DNA of 64,000 bases from an uncultured Gemmatimonadales bacterium (GTDB lineage: Bacteria; Gemmatimonadota; Gemmatimonadetes; Gemmatimonadales; GWC2-71-9). Under the pieces are notes generated by a model. It saw nothing but the letters and a program-made list of their open reading frames with translations, made no database searches and was not told where the DNA came from. Below are positions 31,526 through 42,448 of this stretch, in pieces; within the stretch, counting starts at the first letter, position 1; each line of letters begins with the position of its first letter. Position numbers and translations under genes: made by a program. The stretch lies in contig CAVUAK010000001.1 of NCBI GenBank assembly GCA_963739455.1, forward strand, positions 1,376,001-1,440,000, in the 5' to 3' direction.

Positions 31526-32028
31526 AAGACGTGAAGGCGGGGAGGGCGGGGAGGGCGGGGAGGTCGCTTGTTGCTGCGGTCGCGATGGTCGCGTTGGCTG
31601 CGCCACTGGTTGCGCAGACGGCGCCGACGAAGCCAACCACCCTGGCGTTCGACAGCGTGAACGCCGTCATCGCGGCGCTCATCCCGGCGAAGGACCGCGG
31701 CAACGTGCGGAGCATCAAGCTCTCGGCCGCGGGGAAGGAACTGCAGGTCGATGCCGATGTGCGGATGTCGGCGGTGCCGGGACTCGAGATGTTCGGGGCC
31801 ATGGGCTTCGCGCATGTGACCGGCGTGGGTCCGGTGAGCCTGATCAAGCCCGGTACGGTGGGTTGGCAGATCCGCTCGATCGAGGTGGCGGGTGCGCCGA
31901 TTTCGCAGTCGCTATGGGGGCCACTCCTGAGGAAGGGCACGAAGCGCACGGACAACGTGGTGCCGGTGCCGGTGGGTGCGTGGGTGAAGGGGGTGGAGGT
32001 GGTGCCGACGGGGTTGCGACTGTACTGA
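31522..32028 (+). CDS. Hypothetical secreted protein
   Basis: ATGA overlap; [32 protein letters not shown] signal peptide. Confidence 0.7.
   Translation: MKDVKAGRAGRAGRSLVAAVAMVALAAPLVAQTAPTKPTTLAFDSVNAVIAALIPAKDRGNVRSIKLSAAGKELQVDADVRMSAVPGLEMFGAMGFAHVTGVGPVSLIKPGTVGWQIRSIEVAGAPISQSLWGPLLRKGTKRTDNVVPVPVGAWVKGVEVVPTGLRLY
31528..31563 (+). repeat. One GACGTGAA octamer fused to (GGCGGGGAG)3 in a signal-peptide n-region
   Basis: Read directly. Confidence 0.9.
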
Positions 32029-32030
32029 GC

Positions 32031-32069
32031 CGGAGGAACCAAACGCGGAGGAACCAAGAGCGGAAAAAC
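32031..32069 (+). repeat. 15-bp-period repeat CGGAGGAACCAA x2 plus a degenerate third copy
   Basis: Directly after the stop codon; shares the GGAGGAAC core with the 21-mer family. Confidence 0.7.
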
Positions 32070-32243
32070 GGCGTGATGAAGATCACTGCTGAAAGCTGCA
32101 CTATGTCAAAGAGCTGAAAGCAGTTGCACCACCCCGCACTACGCCTCGAATAGCACCGTTCTTGCCTCGTTGATGGGTCGAGTTTCCCAAGTCATCCAGT
32201 GACAGCGTCTTGGATAGAACCGACCCCGCATCACGAGGTCAGT

Positions 32244-34644
32244 ATGCAAACGTCCCGTGCGATCTGCGCTGCAGTTTCCGTTGTCAGTTTCTTGTCGCTC
32301 TCGTCATGTACCGCGGTGTCCGAACCGGACCCAGGTGACGGCGGGACGCCTCCACCAGTCGTGAACGCGAACTGGTCGGATCCGGCAACGTGGGGCGGTA
32401 CGGTGCCCGCTGCCGGCGCTGACGTCGTGATTCCGGCCGACAAGAACGTGCTCCTCGACATGGACACGCCGGCGCTTGGCAGCCTCACGATCAATGGCTC
32501 GCTCACGTTCTCCCCGGCAAAGGACCTGGCGCTCACGTCACGCTACGTGATCGTGCAGGGCACGCTGCAGATCGGCACCGAGTCGTCCAAGCGGACGAAG
32601 AAGGCGACGATCACGCTGACCGGCGACGGCAGCGGCGAGATCCAGGGCTTCGGCGACAAGATGATCGGTGTGCTTGCCGGTGGCCGTATCGAGCTGCATG
32701 GCGAGTCGCGGCTGGCCTGGACCAAGCTGGCGTCGACCGCTGCCGTGGGTGCGACGCAGATCACGCTGGCGCAGTCGCCCAACTGGCGCGTGGGCGACCG
32801 GATCGTGCTCGCCTCGACGGACTTCGATCCATTCCAGGCTGAAGAAGCGACGATCACTGCCAGGTCGAGCGGCTCGAGCGTGACGTTCGAGACGCCGCTG
32901 CGCTATGCGCACTGGGGCGTGATGCAGTCGGTCAGTGGTGTGTCGCTGGATGAGCGGGCGCGAGGTGGGCCTGCTGACGCGCAACATCACCATCCAGGGC
33001 GACAGCGCGTCGCTCACCACCGGCATTGGTGGTCACGTGATGGTGATGCAGGGCGCCACGGCGCACGTGGAGGGCGTGACCTTCACCCGCATGGGGCAGA
33101 AGGCGCGACTGGCGCGCTACCCGATGCACTGGCACATGGCCGGCGCGGTGGATGGCCAGTATTTCCGCAACAACTCGGTGTGGAAGAGCTTCAACCGCTG
33201 CCTGACGGTGCATGGCACCGACAACGTGGTGGCCGACGGCAACGTCTGCCATGACCACATCGGTCACGGCTTCTTCCTCGAGGATGGCGCCGAGTCGGGC
33301 AACACCTTCACCGGCAACCTGGTGATGACGACGCGCGCGCCGGCGACGGGCGAGGCGGTGCTGCCGTCGGATACCCGGCCGGCGAGCTACTGGATCACCA
33401 ACCCGGACAACACCTATCGCGGCAACGTGGCGGCAGGCTCGCGCGGCATCGGCTTCTGGTGCGCGTTCCCGGCGTCACCCACCGGTCTCTCGGTGGGCGC
33501 GGCAGACCTGCCGCGGCGGACGGCGCTGCGCGAGTTCAAGGACAACGTGGCGCACTCCAACCGTTCGGTCGGCCTGAACGTGGATGACGGCCCGACGATG
33601 GACGGCACCACCGAGGTGACCAACTACTCGCCGAGGACGGATCCGGCGACGGATTCGCCGGCGGTGATTGGCGACTTCACCGGGCTCAAGGCGTGGAAGA
33701 ACAGCGGCCGCGGTGTCTGGCTCCGCGGCAGCAACCTGCGCATCACCAACGGCGCTGCATGGCCGACAACGGCATCGGCGCCACGTTCGCGGCGAACGAG
33801 ACGTTCGTGCAGAACTCGACCTTCATCGGCGAGAGCGAGAACGTGGGCACCGCGGCGCTGGGCTTCTACCGCGGCTACGAGTTCTACGATGGGCGGGTGG
33901 GTGCCGACAACGTGAAGTTCATCAACTTCACCAAGATGGGCACGATCCCGTCGAGCGCGCTGGGCCAGAACCGGAACAACTCGTTCCCGATCAGCACCGG
34001 CAACTTTGCGCGGCAGCTGCAGTTCATCAACTCGAACGAGGTGTACTTCGAGGACCCGCATGCCGACCGCGACGGCGACAAGGCCGCCGCGTTCTACGAC
34101 TCGACGGGCTCGGTGTCGGGCACGACGGGCGCATTCGTGGTGGCCAACGTGCCGTTCATGGTGGATGGCACCTGCACGCTGCGCTCGGCCTGGAACTCCC
34201 AGGTCTGCACCGGGCGGCGGGTGAACCTGCGGATCAACAACAACGGCGCCGAGGCGGCGGGCCCGTTTACGCGTGACGCGCGATGACGGCGCGGCGATTA
34301 CGCTGGTGGGCGTGCCGAATACGCAGACGACAGGCACCACCACGGCGCTGCCGGGGCGGAGCTACGTGGTGTCGTGGGGCGGCGCGGTGCCGCCCAAGCC
34401 GCGGGTGTTCATCAACCGGACCCAGGTGGGCGAATGGGCCCGGGTGACGGTGCCGTACCCGACGGCGAGCATCCGGGTGATCCGGGACTATGACTCGGGG
34501 CATCCGCTGACGCAGGTGGGGAGCGTCGCCGAAGTGGATGCTGCAACCGATGCCGCGTGGTATTACGACGGAACGTCGGTGCACTTGAAGCTGATCACCA
34601 AGACCGGCAGGGATTACGCGGCGATGTTTATCGAACCACTCTAG
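32244..34644 (+). CDS. G8-domain / parallel beta-helix lipoprotein, TMEM2/CEMIP-like; frameshifts near 32958, 33757 and 34270
   Basis: WSDPATWGG.VP..G.DV.IP (G8); EVGLLTRNI, MGQ...ARYPMHWH, NRCLTVHGT, GHGFFLEDG.E, YWITNPDN, NVAAGS. Confidence 0.85.
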
Positions 34645-34670
34645 CGGCGAAGCCGCTCGAGCGGTTCTCA

Positions 34671-34696
34671 GGACGTGAGGACGTGAGGACGTGAGG
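34671..34696 (+). repeat. Octamer array (GACGTGAG)3
   Basis: Read directly; lies between two small hairpins. Confidence 0.93.
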
Positions 34697-34699
34697 GGG

Positions 34700-34730
34700 G
34701 GCGGGCCGAGAGGGTCCGCCTTCTTCATTT
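34700..34730 (+). terminator. Hairpin GGCGGGCC...GGTCCGCC with TTCTTCATTT tail
   Basis: Inverted repeat followed by T-rich run. Confidence 0.6.
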
Positions 34731-34800
34731 GTGCCGCCGGGCGTTCGCCTGCGCCCTCGGTATCGGGCGCACGCGTCTTCCCTCTTCCCCGCCTCTCCTG

Positions 34801-36189
34801 TCACGTCCTCAACTCCGCCGGTACCTGCTCGATCATCACCCGTGTGATCGGGCGACGGAGGAGCGTGTACACCCGCAGCGTGAGGATGGCGGCGACGACC
34901 GCCAGGGCCGCGGCAAGGCCCCACCAGAGGCCTACAGGGCCCATGGAGGTATGAAAACCCAGGAGGAGGCTCAACGGGATCCCGAAGAGCCAGAAGCCGC
35001 CCAGGTTGATGAGCATGGGCACCCGGGTATCGCCGGCACCGCGGAGGATGCCGGCCGTGACGGCCTGCCCGCCATCGAAGAGCTGGAAGACGCCGGCAAC
35101 GGGCAGCAGTGTCGCGGCCAGGGCAATGGTGGCGACGTCGTTGGTGTACAAGTGCGCGAGCCAGTGCGGCACGGTGAGGAACATGAGGCTCGTGATCGCC
35201 ATGAACCCGACGCCATAGACGATCGCGGCGCGCGCCGCGCGGCGGGCGCTCGGCATGTCCGCGGCACCGATCGCGTGGCCCACGAGCACGGCCGCGGCCT
35301 GGCCCATACCGAGTGGCACCATGAACGTGAGTGAGGCGAGGTTGATGGCCACCTGGTGCGCGGCGACAGGAATGGTGCCGATGTGTCCCATCATGAGGCC
35401 CACGCCGCCGAAGGCGGTGAACTCGAGCGCGGTCTGGATACCGATGGGGAGGCCGAGGCGCAGCATGCGGCTGAGCGGTGCCAGTTCGAGCGTCTCGCGC
35501 CGCAAGGGGCGCAACGCGGGCCTGAGTTCGCGCCATGCAATCGCCAGCAGAATGAATGGCAGGATCCAGCGACCGATGGTGGTGGAGATCGCGGATCCGG
35601 TGACGCCCAGCGCGGGCGCACCGAGATGGCCGTAGATCAGCACCCAGTTCATGAAGCCATTGATGAGGTTGCCGACGAGGATGCTGATGACAATGGGCCG
35701 CACGGCGCGCAGCGCCTGGAGGCTCTGGCGTAGCACCACGAAGAGGTACAGGGGCAGCACGCCCGGCGCGCTCCACCGGGCGAACGCGCCGGCGAGGGGC
35801 ACCACCTCGGCCGGCTGGCCCAACCAGCGAAGCAGCGGCTCGGCATAGAGCAGCGCGATGACGACGGGAGCCGAAAGCCCGATGGCGAGGAGCAGGCCTC
35901 GCTGCACTCCACGCGCCACCGCGGTATGGTCCCTGGCACCAAGGGCCTGTGCCACGATCGGATCGAGGCCCGAGAGGGCACCCATGCCGAGAATGGCGCA
36001 GCCGAAGAAATACAGGTTGCCGAGGGCCACGGCGGCGAGCGCAGTGGCGGAGAGGTGGCCCACCATGATGGTGTCCACCACGCCCATCGCCATGATGCCG
36101 ACCTGCACCACCACCACGGGAAGGGCGAGGCGCAGCAGGGCCCGGCTCTCCTCCCCAGTGGGGAAGGCGCGGGCGACTACATTTCTCAT
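34801..36189 (-). CDS. MATE family efflux transporter (NorM-like)
   Basis: LRLALP, VDTIMVGHL, IVAQALGA, LGVTGSAIST, GILRGAGDTR. Confidence 0.93.
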   Translation of the reverse strand: MRNVVARAFPTGEESRALLRLALPVVVVQVGIMAMGVVDTIMVGHLSATALAAVALGNLYFFGCAILGMGALSGLDPIVAQALGARDHTAVARGVQRGLLLAIGLSAPVVIALLYAEPLLRWLGQPAEVVPLAGAFARWSAPGVLPLYLFVVLRQSLQALRAVRPIVISILVGNLINGFMNWVLIYGHLGAPALGVTGSAISTTIGRWILPFILLAIAWRELRPALRPLRRETLELAPLSRMLRLGLPIGIQTALEFTAFGGVGLMMGHIGTIPVAAHQVAINLASLTFMVPLGMGQAAAVLVGHAIGAADMPSARRAARAAIVYGVGFMAITSLMFLTVPHWLAHLYTNDVATIALAATLLPVAGVFQLFDGGQAVTAGILRGAGDTRVPMLINLGGFWLFGIPLSLLLGFHTSMGPVGLWWGLAAALAVVAAILTLRVYTLLRRPITRVMIEQVPAELRT

Positions 36190-36239
36190 GTTCAGTCTGG
36201 TCCCAGGGTTTCGCAGGCCGAAAGGTACACAGGTACTCC

Positions 36240-38087
36240 GTGGCGTCAGCCGAAGAGAAGAAAAAGAACCGGGTTACCACCGAGGTGGTCTGGCGCGAGG
36301 CGCGCGAGCTCGTCTGGGCACACCGGGGCAAGCTGGCCGTCGGCATGCTGCTGATGGTGGTGAACCGGCTGGCGGGACTGGTGCTTCCGACCAGCTCGAA
36401 ATTCCTCATCGACCGTGTGCTGCCGCAGCACCGCGTTGACCTGCTCGGCGAACTGGCGCTCGCGGTGGGCCTGGCAACGCTGGTGCAGGCGGCCACGTCG
36501 TTCGGGTTGTCGCAGGTCATGAGTATTGCGGCACAGCGGGCCATCACCGACCTGCGCCGGTCGGTGCAGGAGCACCTGCTGCGACTGCCGGTGAGCTACT
36601 TCGACTCGACCAAGACCGGCGTGCTGATTTCCCGGGTCATGAACGACGCGGAAGGCATCCGGAACCTGGTGGGCACCGGCATCGTGCAGCTGGTGGGCGG
36701 CTTCATGACGGCGACGATCGCGCTGGGTGTGCTCTTCTGGCTCAACTGGCGGATGACGACCATCACGCTGGTGGTCCTGATGGCGTTCGGCGGCGTGATG
36801 GCGGCAGCGTTCAACCGGTTGCGGCCGATCTTCCGGCAGCGGGGCGCGATCAACGCCGAGGTGAGCGGCCGGCTGGCGGAGACGGTGGGCGGCATCCGCC
36901 TGGTGAAGACGTACACCGCCGAACGGCGCGAGCGGCTGGTGTTCACGCGCGGGGTGCACAAGCTGTTCCGCAACGTGGCGGCGACGATCACGGCCATATC
37001 GTGGGTGTCGGCAGTGACCACGGTGATCATCGGCATCGTGGGGATGCTGCTCATCACCATGGGCGGTCGCGCGATCCTGAGCGGCCAGATGACGCTGGGC
37101 GACTTCATCATGTACGTCTTCTTCATCGGGCTGGTGGCGGCACCGCTGGTACAGATCGCTTCGATCGGCACGCAGGTGAGCGAGGCGTTCGCGGGGCTGG
37201 ACCGGATCCGCGAGGTGCGCGGGCTGGTCACGGAGGATGCCGGCGACGCAGGGCGGCGCGAGGTGCCGGTGATCGACGGCGACGTGCTGTTCGACGACGT
37301 GAGCTTCAGCTACGTGCCGGACGTGCCGGTGCTGCAGGAGGTCAGTTTCCATGCGCCGGCAGGCTCGACCACGGCGCTGGTGGGTTCGAGCGGATCGGGG
37401 AAGAGCACGATGCTGAGCCTGATCCTCGCATTCAACCGTCCCGTGACCGGACGGGTGATGGTGGACGGGATGGACCTGACGTCGCTCCGGCTGCGCGACT
37501 ACCGGAGCCAGCTGGGTGTGGTGCTGCAGGACAACTTCCTCTTCGACGGAACGATCGCCGACAACGTGGCGTTCTCGAAGCCGGGGGCGACGCGCACGGA
37601 AATCCTCGCGGCGGCCGGCCTGGCGCACTGCGACGAGTTCGTGAGCCGCTTCACCGAGGGCTACGACACGGTGGTGGGGGAGCGGGGCGTGAAGCTGTCT
37701 GGGGGCCAGCGGCAGCGGGTGGCGATCGCGCGGGCGATCCTGGCCGATCCGCGGATCCTGATCCTGGATGAGGCGACGTCGAGCCTCGACAGCGAGAGCG
37801 AAGAGCTGATTCGCGATGGCTTGCGGCGGCTGCGCACGGGGCGGACGACGTTCGTGATTGCGCACCGCCTCTCGACGATCGCGAGCGCAGACCAGATCCT
37901 GGTGCTCGAGGGTGGGCGGATCGTGGAGCGGGGCACCCAGCCGGAACTGCTGGCGCTGGGCGGTCGGTACAAGCAGCTCTACGACAAGCAGTATGGGCTG
38001 GAAACGGACCGGTTCATCAATCCGGGAGAGGATTTTACGCCGGAACTCGAGGCGGAGAAGGTGGTGGCGAAGACGGGAGCACTCTAG
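36240..38087 (+). CDS. ABC exporter, fused permease and ATPase (MsbA/Sav1866-like)
   Basis: TM domain, GSSGSGKS, LSGGQRQR, ILDEATS, IAHRLST. Confidence 0.95.
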   Translation: MASAEEKKKNRVTTEVVWREARELVWAHRGKLAVGMLLMVVNRLAGLVLPTSSKFLIDRVLPQHRVDLLGELALAVGLATLVQAATSFGLSQVMSIAAQRAITDLRRSVQEHLLRLPVSYFDSTKTGVLISRVMNDAEGIRNLVGTGIVQLVGGFMTATIALGVLFWLNWRMTTITLVVLMAFGGVMAAAFNRLRPIFRQRGAINAEVSGRLAETVGGIRLVKTYTAERRERLVFTRGVHKLFRNVAATITAISWVSAVTTVIIGIVGMLLITMGGRAILSGQMTLGDFIMYVFFIGLVAAPLVQIASIGTQVSEAFAGLDRIREVRGLVTEDAGDAGRREVPVIDGDVLFDDVSFSYVPDVPVLQEVSFHAPAGSTTALVGSSGSGKSTMLSLILAFNRPVTGRVMVDGMDLTSLRLRDYRSQLGVVLQDNFLFDGTIADNVAFSKPGATRTEILAAAGLAHCDEFVSRFTEGYDTVVGERGVKLSGGQRQRVAIARAILADPRILILDEATSSLDSESEELIRDGLRRLRTGRTTFVIAHRLSTIASADQILVLEGGRIVERGTQPELLALGGRYKQLYDKQYGLETDRFINPGEDFTPELEAEKVVAKTGAL

Positions 38088-38088
38088 G

Positions 38089-38158
38089 AACTGCGTGAGG
38101 AGGAACAGCAACTGCGTGAGGAGGAACTGAACAGCGTGAGGGGTGAGGGGTGAGGGGG
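38089..38158 (+). repeat. 21-mer units x~3 grading into TGAGGGG heptamers
   Basis: AACTGCGTGAGGAGGAACAGC x2, AACAGCG(TGAGGGG)3; fills the convergent gap. Confidence 0.92.
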
Positions 38159-38163
38159 ATCCG

Positions 38164-39594
38164 CTAGGCTGAGATCACAATGAGGTCGGCGCGGGCGGAT
38201 TCGACCCGGTTCCTTCCCAGGGCCTTGGCGCGGTAGCAGGCCGTATCAGCGCGGTGGAGAAGATCATCCGGCAATTCGGGCGCCGGCTCGGCGGTGGCAG
38301 AGCCGATGCTGATGGTAAGATCGATGGAATCGGTGTTGGGATCCTTGCCCAGCGGCTCATCGGCAACGGCGCGGCGAACACGCTCGGCGACAGCGGCGGC
38401 CTCGGGCGCCCGGGTATGCGGCAGCAGGACCACGAACTCCTCACCACCCCAGCGGAAGAGCACGTCGTGCTCGCGCAGGGCTCCAGACACCCTCCGACAC
38501 AGCAGGTGCAGCACCTCGTCTCCCACTTCGTGGCCGAAGCGGTCGTTGAGCTGCTTGAACCGGTCGATATCGAAGAAGAGGAGCGAGACTGGGCGGGAGA
38601 GCCTGCGACTGCGGTCACCTTCGCGGCGGTAGAGTGCCCCGAAGGCGCGTCGATTCAAGCAGCCGGTAAGGGCATCGCGCTGGGCGCGGGAGTGATCGCG
38701 CTCGCCGAAACGCGCGAGGGCCATGGCGAAGGACATGGCGAGCGCCACGGCGATGAGCAGCAGCAGGCCCATGAAGCCGAGTCCCTCGCGCAGGCGGGTC
38801 ATGATGGCCTGCGCCTCGGGAGACGACCACAGCGGGTTGGCCGAGACGCTGTGGAGCATCAGGGCGACGCCGCGTGCCACCATGATCGCGAGCAGCGCAA
38901 TGATGGCAATAACCAGCGTGGTGGCCCGGGTGTAGCTGACGGTGAGGCGCGGCGGCGCCGGCACCTGTTCGTCGATCCACTTGCGGACGCCCGGCCCGAA
39001 CAGCCGGAGCACGATGGGCGCGAGCACGGCCATTTCCAGGAAATCTCCCACCAGCCAGCCCTGCCAGATGCGCTCACCCGACAGCACGTCGAGCCGGTGC
39101 ACCTCGATCCAGATCAGCCCGCCAAGCGACGATGCCGCGGCCGCCACCAGGCCGATGCCGGCGAAGAGGGCGAGGTCGCGGGTGCGTGGCAGGTCGGGAT
39201 GAATCTGGAGGAGGACCATGGTGCCCCAGATGATGAGCACCTCGACGGGCGTGGCACAGGCGAAGATGAGCGACTGCGGAAGCGTGAGCCCGCCGATGAG
39301 CCCGCTGATGAGGCCGGCGGCGTACCCCGGAATGATGCCCCACATCGGGCCGAGCCAGATGGCCAGCAGCAGGGAGAAGAAGAGCGGGGGATAAATGGTG
39401 AGCCCGACGGTCGCGTCGCCCACCTGGATCGGGATGCCGCTCCAGTTGAGGCGCGCCTCGAGGATGGCGAGCACCACGGCAACAGCGCCGACGGCAAGCC
39501 AGACGACACTGAGTCGCCGCACACCGGGATGGGCTCTTTCACGGAGAATCTTGACGGGCCACCAGCTGGGGCCCGCGTACTCACCTGCGCGCAT
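38164..39594 (-). CDS. Membrane-bound diguanylate cyclase (multi-TM sensor plus GGDEF)
   Basis: DALTG, DIDRFK.LND.FGH..GD, RxxD (REHD), GGEEF. Confidence 0.92.
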   Translation of the reverse strand: MRAGEYAGPSWWPVKILRERAHPGVRRLSVVWLAVGAVAVVLAILEARLNWSGIPIQVGDATVGLTIYPPLFFSLLLAIWLGPMWGIIPGYAAGLISGLIGGLTLPQSLIFACATPVEVLIIWGTMVLLQIHPDLPRTRDLALFAGIGLVAAAASSLGGLIWIEVHRLDVLSGERIWQGWLVGDFLEMAVLAPIVLRLFGPGVRKWIDEQVPAPPRLTVSYTRATTLVIAIIALLAIMVARGVALMLHSVSANPLWSSPEAQAIMTRLREGLGFMGLLLLIAVALAMSFAMALARFGERDHSRAQRDALTGCLNRRAFGALYRREGDRSRRLSRPVSLLFFDIDRFKQLNDRFGHEVGDEVLHLLCRRVSGALREHDVLFRWGGEEFVVLLPHTRAPEAAAVAERVRRAVADEPLGKDPNTDSIDLTISIGSATAEPAPELPDDLLHRADTACYRAKALGRNRVESARADLIVISA

Positions 39595-39690
39595 TCGCAG
39601 TCCCCCTCACGGAAACGAAGCGACGGGAGGAGAATGTAGGCCGGTCCGGTCGGCTCCACAACGCATGCAGGCCCGGGAAACCGCTTCCGG

Positions 39691-40590
39691 CTACAGCTGT
39701 CCAGCGGCGGTACCAGCTGCCTCCTTCGTGAGCCACGCATCGAGTGCCTGTGGCTTGCGCCCGGTGAGCAGCTCGACGGCATCGGTGACGGTCGCGAGCT
39801 TTCCCTCGCGCGTGTTCTGGTCGAACTCCACACTGAGGCGCGCCATGACCGCGGGAACGCCGGCGGCGAGAAGTCCCGCAAGCATCTGCTCATCGTTGAC
39901 GTGCACCGCCTCGATGGGCTTGCCGTATGCCCGGGCCACGAGGGCGGCCACCTCATCCTGGCTCCACGCTTTACCGCCGGTGATATCGTACCGGATATTG
40001 GACGATCCCTTCATCATTGCCGCTGCGGCAGCGCGCGCCGTGTCCTCCCGGGTGACATAGGCGATCTTCCCGTCCCGCGCGGCGGTGTACCACTTTCCCG
40101 AGGCGAGCGCGGCCGGAATGGCGTGCATGAGATTCTCGGCGTACCAGTTGTTGCGCAGCATCGTCCACCGCGCGCCGCTGGCCTCAATTGCCTGCTCGGT
40201 GACCCAGTGGTCGGGCGCAAAGGACACGGCGGAGGGCGGCTCGGGACGGGGCATGGAGGTGTAGTAGATGTCCCCGACACCGGCGCGAGTGGCGGCCGCG
40301 ACTGCGGCCAGTTGCTGGCGCTGGCGGACACCTGGGACGACAAGGGCGTCGGTGGAGATGATGAGGAGCCGATCGACGCCAGCGAAGGCAGCATCGAGTG
40401 ACGCCGGATCGTCGAAATCGGCGGGCCGGGCCTCGGCACCGCGATCCACGAGGCCGGCGATGCGAGCGGGACTCCGGGTACCGGCGATGATGTGGCCGGC
40501 GCCGGCGTCGAGCAGGCACTCAATGACCGTGGTACCAAACCGTCCGGCGGCGCCGGAGACGAAGAAGGTAGGCCGGGTGGTGCCAGGCAT
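39691..40590 (-). CDS. NmrA-like NAD(P)H:quinone oxidoreductase (QorB/YtfG-like)
   Basis: SGAAGRFG, ADFDDP, GVDRLLIIS, LRNNWY, KPQAL. Confidence 0.88.
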   Translation of the reverse strand: MPGTTRPTFFVSGAAGRFGTTVIECLLDAGAGHIIAGTRSPARIAGLVDRGAEARPADFDDPASLDAAFAGVDRLLIISTDALVVPGVRQRQQLAAVAAATRAGVGDIYYTSMPRPEPPSAVSFAPDHWVTEQAIEASGARWTMLRNNWYAENLMHAIPAALASGKWYTAARDGKIAYVTREDTARAAAAAMMKGSSNIRYDITGGKAWSQDEVAALVARAYGKPIEAVHVNDEQMLAGLLAAGVPAVMARLSVEFDQNTREGKLATVTDAVELLTGRKPQALDAWLTKEAAGTAAGQL

Positions 40591-41058
40591 CTATTTCACC
40601 CCCATGAGCTCGACGTCGAAGATGAGTGTCGCGTTGGGGGGAATAACCGGCGGCGAGCCGGGGGCGCCGTAGCCGAGATCGGGCGGAATGACGAGGCGAC
40701 GCTTGCCGCCGACCTTCATGCCGGCGATGCCCTCGTCCCATCCGGCAATGACGCGTTCCTGGCCGAGCGGGAACTCGTAGGGCTTCCCGCCGATGCTGGA
40801 GTCGAACTGCTTCCCGTTCGCGAGCCATCCGGTGTAGGCCACCTGGACCGTCTTTCCGTTGACGGCCTCGGCGCCGGTGCCTTCCTTCACGTCGAGCACG
40901 TAGAGGCCGCTGGGCCGCTTGGTCATGTGGTCGAGATGCACGTCGAGCTCCTTGGCGTACTTGATGGATTCGGGAGGGCCCGACACCTGGGCGCTGCTGT
41001 CGCCCTGCCGGCAGGCAACAAGAACCGTCAAGGTGGCGGCGAGGTATAACTTGCGCAC
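40591..41058 (-). CDS. FKBP-type peptidyl-prolyl isomerase, lipoprotein
   Basis: LVAC lipobox; [33 protein letters not shown]. Confidence 0.95.
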   Translation of the reverse strand: MRKLYLAATLTVLVACRQGDSSAQVSGPPESIKYAKELDVHLDHMTKRPSGLYVLDVKEGTGAEAVNGKTVQVAYTGWLANGKQFDSSIGGKPYEFPLGQERVIAGWDEGIAGMKVGGKRRLVIPPDLGYGAPGSPPVIPPNATLIFDVELMGVK

Positions 41059-41137
41059 GGGAATCTCCCGGGTTGGGTTGACCCTGAATCTAGCCGCTTG
41101 ACGCTCCCACCTCGTGCCCCTAGCATCCCCTCGCTCC

Positions 41138-42364
41138 ATGAGACTCAACCCCTTCCGCGCCCTGCGTCCGCCCCCGGAAATCGCCGCCCAGGTGGCGTGC
41201 GTGCCGTATGACGTGGTCAACCGTGACGAGGCGGCATCGCTGGCGGCGGGGAATCCGCGCAGCTTCCTCCACGTCGGGCGCCCGGACATCGACCTGCCGG
41301 CAAGCACCGATCCGTACGATGCGTCGGTCTACGCCCAGGGCCGCAAGGCGCTGGACGGGTTCCTGCGCGACGGGACGCTGCTGCGTGATGCCGATTCCAC
41401 GGTGTACATCTACCGGCAGGAGATGGACGGGCGGGGCCAGACCGGCGTGGTGGGCAGCGTGCACGTGGATGACTACGAGAACGACATCATCCGGAAGCAC
41501 GAGAAGACGCGGAAGGACAAGGAAGACGATCGCACGCGCCACGTGCTGACGCTCAACGCCAACGCCGAGCCGGTGTTCCTGGCCTACCGCCCGAGTGCGG
41601 CGATCAATGCCGACGTCGCCGCTGCGGTGAAGGGGAAGCCGCTGTACGACTTCGTGGCCGATGACGGCGTGCGGCACATCGTGTGGAAGGTGGCCGACCC
41701 GTCGCCGTTGCTGCAGCACTTCGCCGAGGTGCCGCTGGCATACGTGGCCGACGGCCATCACCGCTCGGCCAGCGCCTGGCGCGCCGGACAGGAGCGCCGC
41801 AAGGCGAACCCGAAGCACACCGGCGACGAGGAGTACAACTGGTTCCTGGCGGTGCTGTTCCCGTCGGACGAGCTGGCGATCCTGCCCTACAACCGGGTGG
41901 TGAAGACGCTCAACGGCCAGACGCCGGCGGCGTTCCGCGACCGGCTTGCCCTGCTGGGCCGGCTCGAGGCGGTGACGGATTCGCGGCCACCGCGGCCGGG
42001 GTCGTTCGCGTTCTTCCTCGAGGGCCGCTGGTGGCTCCTCACCATGGACGAATCCACGATCGACCGCCGCGACCCGATCAGGTCGCTCGACGTGTCGCTG
42101 CTGCAGGAGCGGGTCCTGGCGCCGATCCTGGGCATCAGCGATCCGCGCACCGACAAGCGGATCGACTTCGTGGGCGGCATTCGCGGCGCGGCGGAGCTGG
42201 AGCGCCGGGTGACGAGCGGCGAGATGGTGCTCGGGGTCTCGATGTTCCCGACGACGATGGAGCAGCTGCTGGCGGTGTCGGATGCGGGCGAGATCATGCC
42301 GCCGAAGAGCACGTGGTTTGAGCCGAAGCTGAGGAGCGGATTGTTTGTGCACGAGTTGAGTTGA
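41138..42364 (+). CDS. DUF1015 family protein
   Basis: [39 protein letters not shown]. Confidence 0.93.
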   Translation: MRLNPFRALRPPPEIAAQVACVPYDVVNRDEAASLAAGNPRSFLHVGRPDIDLPASTDPYDASVYAQGRKALDGFLRDGTLLRDADSTVYIYRQEMDGRGQTGVVGSVHVDDYENDIIRKHEKTRKDKEDDRTRHVLTLNANAEPVFLAYRPSAAINADVAAAVKGKPLYDFVADDGVRHIVWKVADPSPLLQHFAEVPLAYVADGHHRSASAWRAGQERRKANPKHTGDEEYNWFLAVLFPSDELAILPYNRVVKTLNGQTPAAFRDRLALLGRLEAVTDSRPPRPGSFAFFLEGRWWLLTMDESTIDRRDPIRSLDVSLLQERVLAPILGISDPRTDKRIDFVGGIRGAAELERRVTSGEMVLGVSMFPTTMEQLLAVSDAGEIMPPKSTWFEPKLRSGLFVHELS

Positions 42365-42388
42365 GGGTCGAGGGTCGAGGGTCGAGAG
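42361..42388 (+). repeat. Heptamer array TTGAGGG(TCGAGGG)2TCGAGAG
   Basis: First unit contains the DUF1015 stop. Confidence 0.9.
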
Positions 42389-42448
42389 TATTCGACACTC
42401 CGTGCCCTGAACCTCTGACCACGACCCCACGACTCAGACTGGGAGACC

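Noticed and set aside
34628..38111. Long antisense or alternate-frame ORFs (e.g. 34628-36547, 36246-38111; also 49455-51059, 53481-55004)
   Set aside because: Shadow ORFs typical of high-GC coding DNA. They overlap well-supported genes and have no motifs.
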